A DNA stretch of 64,000 nt, taken from contig OY782781.1 in assembly GCA_963678315.1 (NCBI GenBank), forward strand, positions 800,001 to 864,000, given 5' to 3'. Positions 1 through 11,500 of the stretch are shown here, piece after piece. Made by a program: the position numbers and the translations under genes. The notes under the pieces were generated by a model. It was not told the DNA's origin. It did not search any database and worked only from the letters and a program-made list of their open reading frames with translations. The stretch's first letter is position 1. Each line of letters begins with the position of its first letter. This stretch comes from Candidatus Cloacimonadales bacterium. GTDB taxonomy: Bacteria > Cloacimonadota > Cloacimonadia > Cloacimonadales > JAFGVF01.

Positions 1-810
1 GTTGGTGTTCCTGCAATGGTTGTTTTCATGAACAAGTGTGATCTTGTTGATGATGAAGAACTCCTTGAATTAGTGGAAATGGAAGTTAGAGAAATGCTTG
101 ACCAATATGGTTTCCCTGGCGATGATATACCATTTATCAAAGGTTCAGCTCTTAAAGGTCTTAATGGCGATCCTGAAGGTGAAGCTTCTATGCAAGAGCT
201 TATTGATCAAGTTGATGCATATATTCCAGAACCAGACAGAGATAAGGATAAACCTTTCTTAATGCCTGTTGAAGACGTTTTCTCAATTCCTGGTCGTGGA
301 ACAGTTGCAACTGGTAGAGTTGAACGTGGTATCATTAGAACTGGTGATAAAATTGCTAGAATCGGTATCAGAGAAACTGTTGAAACAACATGTACTGGTG
401 TTGAAATGTTCAGAAAAATCATGGATGAAGCTGAAGCTGGTGATAACATTGGTTGCTTACTTCGTGGTTTTGCTAAAACTGACGTTGAACGTGGTATGGT
501 TCTTGCTAAACCAAAATCAGTTTTACCTCACACAAAATTCTCAGGTGAAACTTATATCTTAACAAAAGATGAAGGTGGACGTCACAAACCATTCTTCGCA
601 GGTTACAGACCTCAGTTCTATTTCAGAACAACTGACGTTACTGGTTCATTATCATTACCTGAAGGCGTTGAAATGGTTATGCCTGGTGATAATATCACTA
701 TCTCAGCAGAACTTATCACTCCAATTGCTATGGAACAAGGTTTACGTTTCGCTATCCGTGAAGGTGGAAGAACAATCGGTGCTGGTGTTGTATCATCAGT
801 TGAAGAGTAA
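1..810 (+). CDS. tuf: Elongation factor Tu (5'-truncated by window edge)
   Basis: [34 protein letters not shown] and [10 protein letters not shown] motifs; the frame is open to base 1. Confidence 0.99.
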   Translation, partial: VGVPAMVVFMNKCDLVDDEELLELVEMEVREMLDQYGFPGDDIPFIKGSALKGLNGDPEGEASMQELIDQVDAYIPEPDRDKDKPFLMPVEDVFSIPGRGTVATGRVERGIIRTGDKIARIGIRETVETTCTGVEMFRKIMDEAEAGDNIGCLLRGFAKTDVERGMVLAKPKSVLPHTKFSGETYILTKDEGGRHKPFFAGYRPQFYFRTTDVTGSLSLPEGVEMVMPGDNITISAELITPIAMEQGLRFAIREGGRTIGAGVVSSVEE

Positions 811-830
811 ACTCCTAAGAAGGTAAAAAA

Positions 831-980
831 ATGAGAGATATCATAACTCTGGAATGTACAGTTTGTAAAAATAGAAACTATACAACAACCAGAAATAAAA
901 GAAAAAATCCAGGTAAACTGGAACTAAAAAAATTCTGTCCAACTTGTAGAAAGCACACTGTGCATAAACAAAACAAGTAA
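831..980 (+). CDS. rpmG: 50S ribosomal protein L33 (Zn-binding form); absent from the ORF track
   Basis: Manual translation [49 protein letters not shown], two CxxC pairs, canonical position between tuf and secE. Confidence 0.97.
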   Translation: MRDIITLECTVCKNRNYTTTRNKRKNPGKLELKKFCPTCRKHTVHKQNK

Positions 981-994
981 GAATAAAATAACAT

Positions 995-1070
995 AGGATA
1001 GTAGTTCAATTGGTAGAGCACTGGTCTCCAAAACCAGGTGTTGCGGGTTCGAGTCCTGCCTGTCCTGCCA
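995..1070 (+). tRNA. tRNA-Trp (CCA)
   Basis: 76-nt cloverleaf: AGGATAG/CTGTCCT acceptor stem, CTCCAAA anticodon loop, GGTTCGAGTCC T-arm, 3' CCA. Confidence 0.97.
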
Positions 1071-1077
1071 TAGATTA

Positions 1078-1117
1078 GGGCAAAGTCAGTAGAAATATAT
1101 CTACTGGCTTTTTGCCC
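1078..1117 (+). terminator. Stem-loop after tRNA-Trp (terminator or processing structure)
   Basis: GGGCAAAGTCAGTAGA...TCTACTGGCTTTTTGCCC inverted repeat. Confidence 0.5.
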
Positions 1118-1150
1118 ATATAAACTCTACATAACCAGACGGAAGAAAAT

Positions 1151-1336
1151 ATGAATAAAATAACAGGTTTTTTAAAAGAAGTTCGTCAAGAGCTTGGAAC
1201 AATAACTTGGCCAAAAAAAGCTGATATTACAGAAGGTACATCTGTAGTTTTAGTTATGTCAGCAATAACTGCAATTTTCTTAATGGTGGTGGACTTTATA
1301 TTCAAAACATTAATTACTGATACTTTATTCAGTTAG
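1151..1336 (+). CDS. secE: Preprotein translocase subunit SecE
   Basis: FLKEVRQELGTITWP motif, one TM helix, upstream of nusG. Confidence 0.96.
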   Translation: MNKITGFLKEVRQELGTITWPKKADITEGTSVVLVMSAITAIFLMVVDFIFKTLITDTLFS

Positions 1337-1338
1337 AG

Positions 1339-1866
1339 GTGATTATGCTTTGGTATGTAGTACACACTTACTCTTCTCATGAAAATAGAGTAAAAGAAAC
1401 TATTGAAAAGGGCAAGTTTGGTACAGAAATTGACGATAAAATAGGTAGAATTCTAATACCAACACAAAAGACATTTGTTATAAAAGATGGTAAGAAAGTG
1501 GAGAAGGAGAAGAAAGTCTTCAATTCATACATTATTGTCGAAGCAGATATGGAACCAAAGGTATATGCCTTCATTAAATCTATAGCTGGAGTAACAAATT
1601 TCTTAGGTTACGGAAAGAAACCAATTCCATTAGATGAAAAAGAGGTTAACAGACTCTTAGGTATTAATGACCGAGACGATGTTAAAACTCAATTTGATTT
1701 TATACCTGGAGATGTGGTTAAAATTATTGCTGGTGCCTTCCAAGATTTCGAAGGCGTTATCGATAAGATTGATCAATCATCTGGTAGATTATCAGTCAAC
1801 GTTTCAGTCTTTGGCAGAATAACTCCTGTCGAAGTTAATGGCGAACAAGTAGAACTTAAAAAGTAG
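1339..1866 (+). CDS. nusG: Transcription factor NusG
   Basis: WYVVHTYS NGN start, KOW motif GDVVKIIAGAFQDFEG, FGRITPVEV. Confidence 0.97.
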   Translation: MIMLWYVVHTYSSHENRVKETIEKGKFGTEIDDKIGRILIPTQKTFVIKDGKKVEKEKKVFNSYIIVEADMEPKVYAFIKSIAGVTNFLGYGKKPIPLDEKEVNRLLGINDRDDVKTQFDFIPGDVVKIIAGAFQDFEGVIDKIDQSSGRLSVNVSVFGRITPVEVNGEQVELKK

Positions 1867-1942
1867 AAACAAGTTCAAAGTCGTAAGTTTAATTATAGCT
1901 TTGAACTTAAGACTTTGAATTAACTAAAATGAAGAGGTAGTT

Positions 1943-2374
1943 ATGGCTAAACCAAAAGGTGTAACACATGTTGTCAAACTTCAGCTACCTGCTGGCAAAG
2001 CAACCCCAGCACCTCCTGTGGGTCCTGCTCTTGGTCAAGCTGGTATTAATATAGCTGATTTTTGTAAACAGTTTAATGCTAAAACCGCTGATCAACCTGG
2101 AATGATTTTCCCGGTTGTAATTAGTGTTTTTAAAAACAAGTCATTTGTATTTGAAATTAAGACTCCTCCAGCAGCAGTTCTTATTAAGAAAGAAGCTAAC
2201 CTTGCGAAAGGTTCAGGTGTTCCTAATAAGGAAAAAGTTGGTAAGATTACTAAAGAACAATGCAAAAAAATTGCTGAAATGAAAGCACAAGATTTGAATA
2301 GTTTTTCCCTTGAATCTGCTATGCGCATGATCGCTGGCACTGCAAGAAGCATGGGAGTGTTGGTCGAAGACTAA
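1943..2374 (+). CDS. rplK: 50S ribosomal protein L11
   Basis: [13 protein letters not shown] and GTARSMG motifs. Confidence 0.99.
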   Translation: MAKPKGVTHVVKLQLPAGKATPAPPVGPALGQAGINIADFCKQFNAKTADQPGMIFPVVISVFKNKSFVFEIKTPPAAVLIKKEANLAKGSGVPNKEKVGKITKEQCKKIAEMKAQDLNSFSLESAMRMIAGTARSMGVLVED

Positions 2375-2438
2375 CATGGCTCTTGGGAATTGGAAGATTC
2401 TCAAGTTGCAGGAGATTATAATCAAAGGAGAATAGTGG

Positions 2439-3146
2439 ATGAAGAGAAGTAGACGCTACAAAGAAGCTATTTCTAAGATAGACAGATTAACTAAATATGA
2501 TTTAGATACAGCTATTAGTCTATTAAAAGACATACCAAACACTAAGTTTGATGAGACTGTTGAAATTCATATGAATTTAGGTGTAGATCCTAGAAAAGCA
2601 GACCAGCAAATTAGAAATTCACTCGTGTTACCACATGGAACAGGAAAGAGTGTTAGAGTTCTTGTATTTGCTGAAGGAGACAAAGCAGACGAAGCAAAAG
2701 CTGCTGGTGCTGAATTTGTTGGTGTTAGCGAATTTGTTGATAAAATAACTAAAGAAAACTGGTTAGATTTTGATACAGTTATTGCAACACCAAACCTTAT
2801 GGGTAAAATTGGTAGATTAGGAAGAGTTTTAGGTCCTAGAGGACTTATGCCTAATCCAAAAGTCGGAACAGTGACTATGGATGTACATAAGGCAGTGACA
2901 GAAGCCAAATCTGGTAAAGTCGTTTATAGGGTTGACAAGTTCTCAAACTTACACGTTCCAGCTGGAAAGTTAAGTTTTGATACAGCTAATATTGCTGAGA
3001 ACTTGAAAACTATTATTGCAGCTATCCTAAAAGATAGACCATCAGCTCTTAAAGGAACATATATTAAGAGTATGACATTAACCTCAACAATGGGTCCTGG
3101 AATCAAACTTGATGTTTCCAGTGCATCTTTGGCAGCTAAGCAATAG
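2439..3146 (+). CDS. rplA: 50S ribosomal protein L1
   Basis: [30 protein letters not shown] and STMGPG motifs. Confidence 0.99.
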   Translation: MKRSRRYKEAISKIDRLTKYDLDTAISLLKDIPNTKFDETVEIHMNLGVDPRKADQQIRNSLVLPHGTGKSVRVLVFAEGDKADEAKAAGAEFVGVSEFVDKITKENWLDFDTVIATPNLMGKIGRLGRVLGPRGLMPNPKVGTVTMDVHKAVTEAKSGKVVYRVDKFSNLHVPAGKLSFDTANIAENLKTIIAAILKDRPSALKGTYIKSMTLTSTMGPGIKLDVSSASLAAKQ

Positions 3147-3154
3147 GAGTTAAA

Positions 3155-3685
3155 ATGGTACAACCTTATAAAAAGAATTTAGTAAGTGAAATTAAAGAGC
3201 GACTTGACGGCGCCAAAGCGATTGTCTTGGTAGATTATAAGGGAATTAATATTGAAGAAGTAGATCAGTTAAGACACAGGTTCAGAACTAATGGTGTTGA
3301 CTATTTCGTACAAAAGAATACTTTAATTAAAATTGCGTTAAACGAGTTAGGTATCACAGATCTTGATGATCATTTAAAAGGTCCTACAGCTGTTGCAGTT
3401 AGTAAAGAAGACGAAGTAGCATCCGCAAGAGAAATGGCAAAATTCGTAAAAGAAGTTATGGAAGAAAAACCATTTCCTACATTTAAAGCTGGGCTTGTTG
3501 ATGGCACATTTATGTCATCCGAAGATCTTGCAAAACTATCAAAAATGCCTTCAAAAGAAGAATTGATGGCGAAAGTCCTTGGAAGCTTAAATGCTCCATT
3601 GACAAATTTTGTTGGTGTACTCAACGGCTTAATCAGACAATTTGTTTATGTAGTTGATGCAGTAGCCAAATCTAAAGCTGAATAA
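3155..3685 (+). CDS. rplJ: 50S ribosomal protein L10
   Basis: [14 protein letters not shown] and LKGPTAVA motifs; operon position. Confidence 0.97.
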   Translation: MVQPYKKNLVSEIKERLDGAKAIVLVDYKGINIEEVDQLRHRFRTNGVDYFVQKNTLIKIALNELGITDLDDHLKGPTAVAVSKEDEVASAREMAKFVKEVMEEKPFPTFKAGLVDGTFMSSEDLAKLSKMPSKEELMAKVLGSLNAPLTNFVGVLNGLIRQFVYVVDAVAKSKAE

Positions 3686-3714
3686 AAAAAATTATATTAT
3701 CCATGGAGGAAGAA

Positions 3715-4086
3715 ATGTCCGATAAAAAACAGCAAATTATTGATCTTGTTAAAGAAATGACAGTTATTGAATTATCTGAATTAGTAAAAGAAATGGAAGA
3801 AATCTTTGGTGTATCTGCAGCTGCTCCAGTTGCTGCTGTTGCTGCTGCAGGTCCTGCAGAAGCTGCTGAAGAAAAAACTGAGTTTGACGTAATCTTAGCT
3901 AGCGTTGGTTCAAAGAAAATCAATGTTATTAAAGTTGTAAGAGGAATCACTAAACTTGGTTTAAAAGAAGCAAAAGAATTAGTTGATGGCGCTCCTCAAA
4001 AAGTTGTTGAAGCTGTTTCAAAAGAAGAAGCAGAAGATGTTAAAAAACAACTTGAAGAAGCTGGTGCTAGCGCAGAAATCAAATAA
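3715..4086 (+). CDS. rplL: 50S ribosomal protein L7/L12
   Basis: Ala-rich hinge, EEKTEFDV and [17 protein letters not shown] 3715 follows a GGAGG Shine-Dalgarno. Confidence 0.99.
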   Translation: MSDKKQQIIDLVKEMTVIELSELVKEMEEIFGVSAAAPVAAVAAAGPAEAAEEKTEFDVILASVGSKKINVIKVVRGITKLGLKEAKELVDGAPQKVVEAVSKEEAEDVKKQLEEAGASAEIK

Positions 4087-4289
4087 GATTATTTAGAAAT
4101 AAATAGATTTGGAAGTGAGTATAATGCTCACTTCCATATTTTCACGTAAGAAAATAGAATTTTAGTAATATAAAATAGTTTCGGAATCACATAATTAGTA
4201 TAAAAACATCAAACTGATAATGGATTTCGTTTTTTTGTTTATGTACAATAATCGATCTTTAATCAATGAACATATAAAGGAGTGGGCTT

Positions 4290-7200
4290 TTGAAAAAGTT
4301 CAAAAGTTATTCCAGAATATCCAAGAGATTTTCTGAGCTAGGAATACCGCAAGTTGAAGTACCAAACTTGTTATCAATGCAGGTAGATTCTTTTGAAGAT
4401 TTTATTCAGAAGGATGTACATCCGCAGCAAAGAAAGAACGTTGGATTACAAGCTGTTTTTGAGAATATGTTCCCATTAACAGACCCTAAAGAGAGCTATG
4501 AGCTCGAATTTGTAGAATACCGCATCTTAAAAGAAAAATATACAATTGATGAATGCATAGAAAGAAATTTATCGTACCAAGTTCCATTAAAAGTAAAATT
4601 AAGATTAAAAATCTACGAAGTTGAAGAAGAAGAAAGTTTCGATATATTAGTAGATTCATTCGGTTCAAATACAAATGATGTGAGACAGTTCTTAGTTACA
4701 GGGTTAGAGTGGGATGAAGATTCTGCTAAAAAAATAGTTGATACTGTTGATTCTAGTGATGACATCAACAGAACGATTCACACCTGTGAAGATGCTGAAG
4801 ATGCTAAACAGATATTAAATACACTCAAAACTTTCGGAGTAATGGGAAGAATCCAAAAGAGGATTGATAAGACAAGAACTCTGAGAGATATTATGGAACA
4901 AGAAGTGTTCTTGGGTGATATTCCATTAATTACAAATCAAGGAACATTTGTAATTAACGGAGCAGAACGAGTTATAATATCACAGCTTCAAAGATCACCT
5001 GGTGTATATTTCTCAGAAGAGAAACACCCAAGTGGTAAAATGCTAACTTCTGCTAAGATAATACCTTATAATGGTAGCTGGTTAGAATTTCATATCGACA
5101 TACATGATGTAATTTTTGTAAATATAGATAAAAGAAGAAAATTACCTGTAACTGTTCTTTTAAGAGCAGTTGGATTTATTCCAGAAAACTATACAGAAAT
5201 CCCAGAAGCTAGAGAAACATTAAGAATCTCTGACGAAAAGGGTAATGTATCAATGAAAGTTAAGAATAGCTTTGCATATTCAGATGTTTATGATCAAAGA
5301 GAAGGTCATGAAGGTGAATTAATAGTTGAAGCAAAGACTAAATTAACTTATGAACTTATCGAGAGACTTCAGATTGCTGAAGTTACCGATATAGATGTAA
5401 TTAATAAGAAATGTATCTCAACAGATAAGGCTTTACGTGAGTTATTCTATGAAATAGAAGAGATTCAAATAGATAAAGCAGAAAAGAGACATACCGCTTA
5501 TGAAGTAATTAATTCTGCAGGAGAATTACGTGCAGAAGCAAATACTCAAATAGACAAGAATCTTATTGATGAATTCAAGGAACAAGGAATTAAAACTATC
5601 AAAGTAATTTCTGAAGATAGTGATTTCCATAGAAGACTCTTAGAAAAGACACTTCTAAAAGATCCAACAAGAAGTCAAGAAGAGGCATGTCAAAAAATAT
5701 ATAATTTAATTAGACCTGGTGAAGATGAAGTTCCTATAGAGAATGCTTTAGAACTGATTGATAGAATGTTCTTTAATCAAAAGCGTTATAACTTAGGTTC
5801 AGTGGGTCGTCATAAGATTAATGCTAAATTTGAATATGAAGATGACTATGGTACAAATGTACTTACAGCAAGAGATTTTAGATCTATTATAGATTATCTT
5901 GTATCAATATTCAAAGATGAGAAGAACGTAGATGATATAGATCACTTATCTAACAGAAGAGTTAGAACTGTTGGTGAATTGTTAGAAGACCAGTATAAAA
6001 CTGGTTTAGCTATGATTTCACGTATTGCTTTAGAAAGAATGGCTATTGCTAATCCTGATGAAGTTACAGTTCATGATTTAATCAACAGTAATGCTTTAAT
6101 ATCTGTTGTTAACTCATTCTTCTTAACTGGTCAGTTATCTCAGTTCATGGAACAGACAAATCCATTGTCTGCCTTAACTCATAAGAGAAGATTCTCAGCA
6201 CTTGGACCTGGTGGTTTAACAAGAGATAGAGCTGGTTTTGAAGTTCGTGATATTCACTATTCACATTACGGAAGAATCTGTCCTATCGAAACACCTGAAG
6301 GACCTAGTATTGGTCTTCTTAACTCTCCAGCATTATTCTCAAGAATAAATGAATTTGGTTTTATTGAAACACCATACATCAAAGTTGAAAATGGTGTTAT
6401 CACAAGCCAAATAGATTATCTAGATGCTAATCTAGAAGATAAATATATCATTGCTCAGAATGTAAATATCAATGATGATCTTGAAATTACAGATGATATT
6501 ATATTTGCTCGTGAGAGAGGTGAATATGTTAATGTCTCAGCTGAAGACATTAATTATATTGATGTATCTCCACAACAAGTTGTATCAGTATCTGCTGGAC
6601 TCGTTCCTTTCTTAGATCATGATGATGCTAACCGTGCCTTGATGGGATCTAACATGCAACGTCAATCAGTTCCATTATTAAACCCTCAAACTCCAATTGT
6701 GGGTACAGGAATTGAAAAGATAGTAGCAAGAGAATCAGGTGCTGTTATAGTATCACCTTATGATGGTGTTGTAACAGGTGTTACTTCACAATATATTGAT
6801 ATTAAACCTGCTGACAATGGTGAAACTGGCTTAGATATCTCACAAAATGAACGTTTATATCTTAAAAAATATGTTCGTTCTAACCAAGATACTTGTATTA
6901 ACCAAAGACCTATTGTTCAGATTGGTCAAGAAGTTAAGAAAGGTCAACCAGTATCAGATGGACCTGGTGTAGAAGGCGATAGGTTAGCCTTAGGTTCAAA
7001 CATGGTTGTTGCTTTCATGCCTTGGTATGGATACAACTATGAAGATGCTATTATCTTGAGTGAGCATGTTGCTAGAAAAGATACATTAACTTCAATATAT
7101 ATAGAAGAGCTTGAAGTATTGGTTCGTGATCTTAAAAATGGTAAAGAAGAATTAGCTTCTGATATACCTAACGTACCAGTTACTTCACTTAGAAACCTTG

Positions 7201-8537
7201 ATAAATCAGGTATTATCAGAGTTGGATCTGTTATTACTGCTGGTGATATTATTGTTGGTAAAATCACTCCAAAGTCAGTTGAAATTGACCCATCTCCAGA
7301 AGAGAACTTAATGAGAGCTCTTTTTGGTGATAGAGCAGGTGATTATACAAATAGTTCATTAAAAGCTAAACCTGGTATGGAAGGTGTTGTTCTTGATGTT
7401 AAAGTATTCTCAAGATATGAAGATGTTATTGAGTTTGAAGAAGATCATAAGACTCAAATAGCTAAACTTAAGAAAGAGAATGTTGAACGTAAGAAGAGAA
7501 TTGAGAAATTCAAGAAAGAAAAGCTTAGCGAACTTCTTGTAGGTCAACAAGCAAAGAATATTGTTGATTCTAAAGATGGTAGATTCTATATTCCTACTGG
7601 CAAGAAAATCACTTCTTCTGACCTAGAAAAGATTAATTTCGCAAGAGTTAATCTTGATGTTGAGATGGTTGCTGACCCAGATAAGTATAGAGAAATCTAT
7701 AGCAAGGTTGCTTTAAAAGTTAAAGAAGCAACTGAAGAAAGCGATAATATATATAAAAAATCTAGAGATAGAATCAAACATGGTGATGAGCTTCCTTACG
7801 GTGTAAGAAAGATGGTCAAAGTCTATATTGCCAAGAAGAGAAAGATTCAAGTTGGTGATAAAATGGCTGGACGTCATGGTAACAAAGGTGTTATATCAAT
7901 TGTTGCACCAATCGAAGATATGCCATTCATGAACGATGGAACTCCAGTGGATATAGTTCTTAACCCACTAGGTGTGCCTTCTCGTATGAATATTGGTCAG
8001 ATTATGGAAACTCACTTAGGTATGGCTGCAAAGGTTCTTGGTTTTAATGTCGAAACACCAATCTTTGATGGTGCTAAAATTGAAGATATTGAAGCTGAAC
8101 TAGAAAAAGCTAATTTACCTACAGATGGAAAGCAAGTTCTCTATGATGGTAAGACAGGTGAACCATTCAAAGAAAGAGTTACTGTTGGTGTAATGTATAT
8201 GATGAAACTGAACCATCTTGTTGCAGATAAGATGCATGCAAGATCTACAGGTCCTTACTCATTGATTACTCAACAACCACTTGGTGGTAAAGCTCAGCAT
8301 GGTGGTCAACGTCTAGGAGAGATGGAAGTATGGGCTTTAGAAGCTTATGGTGCTGCTCATTTATTAGAAGAGATGTTAACAATCAAATCTGATGATGTTG
8401 ATGGTAGAACAAGTGCTTTTAAAGCGATTACTAAAGGTGAAAACCCTCCAGCTCCAGGTGTTCCAGAATCATTTAATGTCTTAATTAGTGAATTGAAGTC
8501 TCTAGCATTTGATATAGAGTTCTTGAAAGATGAGTAG
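4290..8537 (+). CDS. rpoB: RNA polymerase beta subunit with lineage-specific insertions
   Basis: GTFVINGAERV, GRICPIETPEG, GDKMAGRHGNKG and GQRLGEMEVWALE motifs; TTG start after AAGGAG. Confidence 0.99.
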   Translation: MKKFKSYSRISKRFSELGIPQVEVPNLLSMQVDSFEDFIQKDVHPQQRKNVGLQAVFENMFPLTDPKESYELEFVEYRILKEKYTIDECIERNLSYQVPLKVKLRLKIYEVEEEESFDILVDSFGSNTNDVRQFLVTGLEWDEDSAKKIVDTVDSSDDINRTIHTCEDAEDAKQILNTLKTFGVMGRIQKRIDKTRTLRDIMEQEVFLGDIPLITNQGTFVINGAERVIISQLQRSPGVYFSEEKHPSGKMLTSAKIIPYNGSWLEFHIDIHDVIFVNIDKRRKLPVTVLLRAVGFIPENYTEIPEARETLRISDEKGNVSMKVKNSFAYSDVYDQREGHEGELIVEAKTKLTYELIERLQIAEVTDIDVINKKCISTDKALRELFYEIEEIQIDKAEKRHTAYEVINSAGELRAEANTQIDKNLIDEFKEQGIKTIKVISEDSDFHRRLLEKTLLKDPTRSQEEACQKIYNLIRPGEDEVPIENALELIDRMFFNQKRYNLGSVGRHKINAKFEYEDDYGTNVLTARDFRSIIDYLVSIFKDEKNVDDIDHLSNRRVRTVGELLEDQYKTGLAMISRIALERMAIANPDEVTVHDLINSNALISVVNSFFLTGQLSQFMEQTNPLSALTHKRRFSALGPGGLTRDRAGFEVRDIHYSHYGRICPIETPEGPSIGLLNSPALFSRINEFGFIETPYIKVENGVITSQIDYLDANLEDKYIIAQNVNINDDLEITDDIIFARERGEYVNVSAEDINYIDVSPQQVVSVSAGLVPFLDHDDANRALMGSNMQRQSVPLLNPQTPIVGTGIEKIVARESGAVIVSPYDGVVTGVTSQYIDIKPADNGETGLDISQNERLYLKKYVRSNQDTCINQRPIVQIGQEVKKGQPVSDGPGVEGDRLALGSNMVVAFMPWYGYNYEDAIILSEHVARKDTLTSIYIEELEVLVRDLKNGKEELASDIPNVPVTSLRNLDKSGIIRVGSVITAGDIIVGKITPKSVEIDPSPEENLMRALFGDRAGDYTNSSLKAKPGMEGVVLDVKVFSRYEDVIEFEEDHKTQIAKLKKENVERKKRIEKFKKEKLSELLVGQQAKNIVDSKDGRFYIPTGKKITSSDLEKINFARVNLDVEMVADPDKYREIYSKVALKVKEATEESDNIYKKSRDRIKHGDELPYGVRKMVKVYIAKKRKIQVGDKMAGRHGNKGVISIVAPIEDMPFMNDGTPVDIVLNPLGVPSRMNIGQIMETHLGMAAKVLGFNVETPIFDGAKIEDIEAELEKANLPTDGKQVLYDGKTGEPFKERVTVGVMYMMKLNHLVADKMHARSTGPYSLITQQPLGGKAQHGGQRLGEMEVWALEAYGAAHLLEEMLTIKSDDVDGRTSAFKAITKGENPPAPGVPESFNVLISELKSLAFDIEFLKDE

Positions 8538-8570
8538 AAATCATAGGAACAATAACGGAGGATTTCTCAA

Positions 8571-11500
8571 GTGAATAGAAATATAAAAAGAGAAAAAAAG
8601 ATAGAAAATTATGATGCAGTTCGTATTCGTATAGCTTCTCCTGATGCTATCAGAAGTTGGTCATATGGTGAGGTTGTTAAACCTGACACCTTAAATTACC
8701 GTACCCTGAAGCCAGAGAAAGAAGGTCTTTTTTGTGAAAAAATCTTCGGTCCAGAAAAAGATTTCGAATGCTCATGTGGTAAATATAAAAAGAAAAGATT
8801 CAAAGGCACAGTCTGTGATAGATGTGGTGTCGAAGTTACTACTTCTCGTGTAAGAAGAAGTAGAATGGGACACATTGAACTCGCTGTTCCTGTGGCTCAT
8901 ATATCTTTCGTTAAGAGTGCTCCTAGTAAAATTGGTACCTTATTAGGTCTAACTATTAGTAATCTTGAAAAGATACTTGTTTATGAATCTTACGTAGTCT
9001 TAGATCCAGGTGATCAAGATTATCAAGTTAACGAGCTTATCGATACTGAAGAGTTCTATGAAATCAGAGATCAAGTTTCACGTGATACAAACTTCAAAGC
9101 TAAGATTGGTGCTGAAGCTATTCGTGAAATGCTAGAAAACTTAAATCTTGATGATTTAGCTGCTGATTTAAGAACACGTATCAAGTGGGAAACTTCTACA
9201 ATGCGTAAGCAAAAGATGATTAAACGTCTTAAAATTGTAGAATCATTCAGAAAGTCAGGTAACAGACCTGAATGGATGATTTTAGAAGTTCTTCCTGTTT
9301 TACCTCCAACATTGAGACCTTTAGTTCCTCTTGATGGTGGTAGATTTGCTACAGCTGACTTTAATGACTTATATAGAAGAGTTATTACAAGAAATAATAG
9401 ATTAAAACAGCTTATAGAAATTAGAGCACCTGAGGTTATTCTCAGAAATGAAAAGAGAATGTTACAAGAGGCTGTTGATGCTTTAATCGACAACTCTAAA
9501 AAAGCTAGACCTGTTAAAGGTCGTGGTAACAGAGCTCTTAAGAGTCTTACTGACCAATTAAAAGGTAAGCAAGGTCGTTTCCGTCAAAACCTTCTTGGTA
9601 AACGTGTAGACTATTCAGGACGTTCAGTTATTACTGTTGGTCCTCACTTAAAAATCTACGAAATGGGTTTACCTAAAGAAATGGCTGTAGAATTATTCAA
9701 ACCTTTCATTATTGAAAGACTTGAAAAGATGGGAACTGCTGAAAAGACTAAAACAGCAAAGAAAATGGTAGAAAAGAAGCAACCAGAAATCTGGAAAATC
9801 TTAGAAGATGTTGTTCAAGATTACCCTGTTCTTCTAAACCGTGCGCCTACTCTTCATAGATTAGGTATCCAAGCATTCATGCCTGTTTTAACTGAGAATA
9901 AAGCTCTTCAACTTCATCCTATGGTATGTTCACCATTCAATGCTGACTTTGATGGTGACCAAATGGGTTGTTATATTCCATTATCACATGAAGCACGTAT
10001 GGAAGCTAGAGTTTTAATGCTCTCTTCACGTAACTTGCTTTTACCTTCAAGTGGTAGACTTGCGATGGCTCCATCACAAGATATCGTGCTTGGTTGTTAT
10101 TATGTTTCAATGGAAGGTTCAGCTCAGCCTAACTGGGAAGAAGATAGAAGTGTTCTAGTGGCTAAGCTTGATGAATTATATGCAAAAGATTCTCGTTCTG
10201 AAGAAGATGATAATCAAATTTCTGAGATTAAGAATCTCTTGAAAGATTATAATAAGAAAACATTTAAGAATGTTCACGAACTTATTAACATCTATGAGAA
10301 AGAAGAGATGTTATATGCTCAGAAGAGAGAAAACTATAAAGACCATGAAGAAGATACTAATGCTAGATTGCTAAATCTTCACACATGGGTAAAAGTGTTT
10401 GTTAAAGGAAATTGGGAAATTACTACTGTTGGTAGAGTTCTCTTTAATTTAGCTCTTCCTGATGCTGTTCCATTCAAGAACCAAACATTTGATAAAGGTG
10501 CTTTGAATGATTTAGCTATGGAATGTTACAACGCAGTTGGACAATGGGAAACTGCTATTTTCCTAGACAAATTAAAAGAAACAGGATTTAGATATGCTAC
10601 ACGTGGTGGTATTACCTTTAGTTTTGGTGATATTGTTGTACCACATAACAAGCAAGAAATCCTAGCTAGATATCAAGAAGATGTTGATTCAATTACTGAA
10701 AGTTATAACCTAGGTATCATTACTGAAACAGAACGTTCTTCTCGTGTTGTGGATAACTGGAAGGTTGCTACAGAAGAAGTTACTGATGCTCTTATGGAAG
10801 AACTAGTTGTTTCTGGTGGTGGTTATAACTCAATCTACATGATGTACAAATCTGGTGCTCGTGGTAGTAAAACTCAGATTAAACAGCTTGGTGGTATGCG
10901 TGGACTTATGGATAAACCATCTGCTAAGGGTGGTGGTAACGAAGTTATCGAAACTCCTATTAAGTCTAACTTTAAAGAAGGTCTTTCTGTTCTTGAATAC
11001 TTTATCTCTTCTCATGGTGCTCGTAAAGGTCTTGCTGATACAGCGCTTAAAACTGCTGGTGCTGGTTACTTAACAAGAAGACTTGTTGACGTAGCACAGA
11101 ACTCAATGATTACTGAAGATGATTGTGGAACTATCGGTGGTATCGATATCACAGCTCTTAAAGAAGGTAATGAAATAGTTGAAGAGTTAAGAGAGAGAAT
11201 TCAAGGTCGTACCGCTGTTGATGATGTAGAAGATCCTCGTTCAGGTGAAATCATTTGTGAAGCTGGTCAAGAAATCACAAATGAAATGGCTAACCTAATT
11301 CAACGTCATGGTATCTTATCTGTTAAAGTACGTTCAGTGCTTACATGTGAAGCAGAGAAAGGTATCTGTGCTAAGTGTTACGGACGTAACCTAGCTACTC
11401 AAAAACACGTTGCTTCTGGTGAACCTGTTGGTATCATTGCAGCCCAATCAATTGGTGAACCTGGTACACAGCTAACACTTAGAACTTTCCATATTGGTGG

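Noticed and set aside
2375..2438. L1-binding autoregulatory site between rplK and rplA
   Set aside because: A hairpin is present (CTTGGGAAT/ATTCTCAAG) but I could not match the L1-site consensus.
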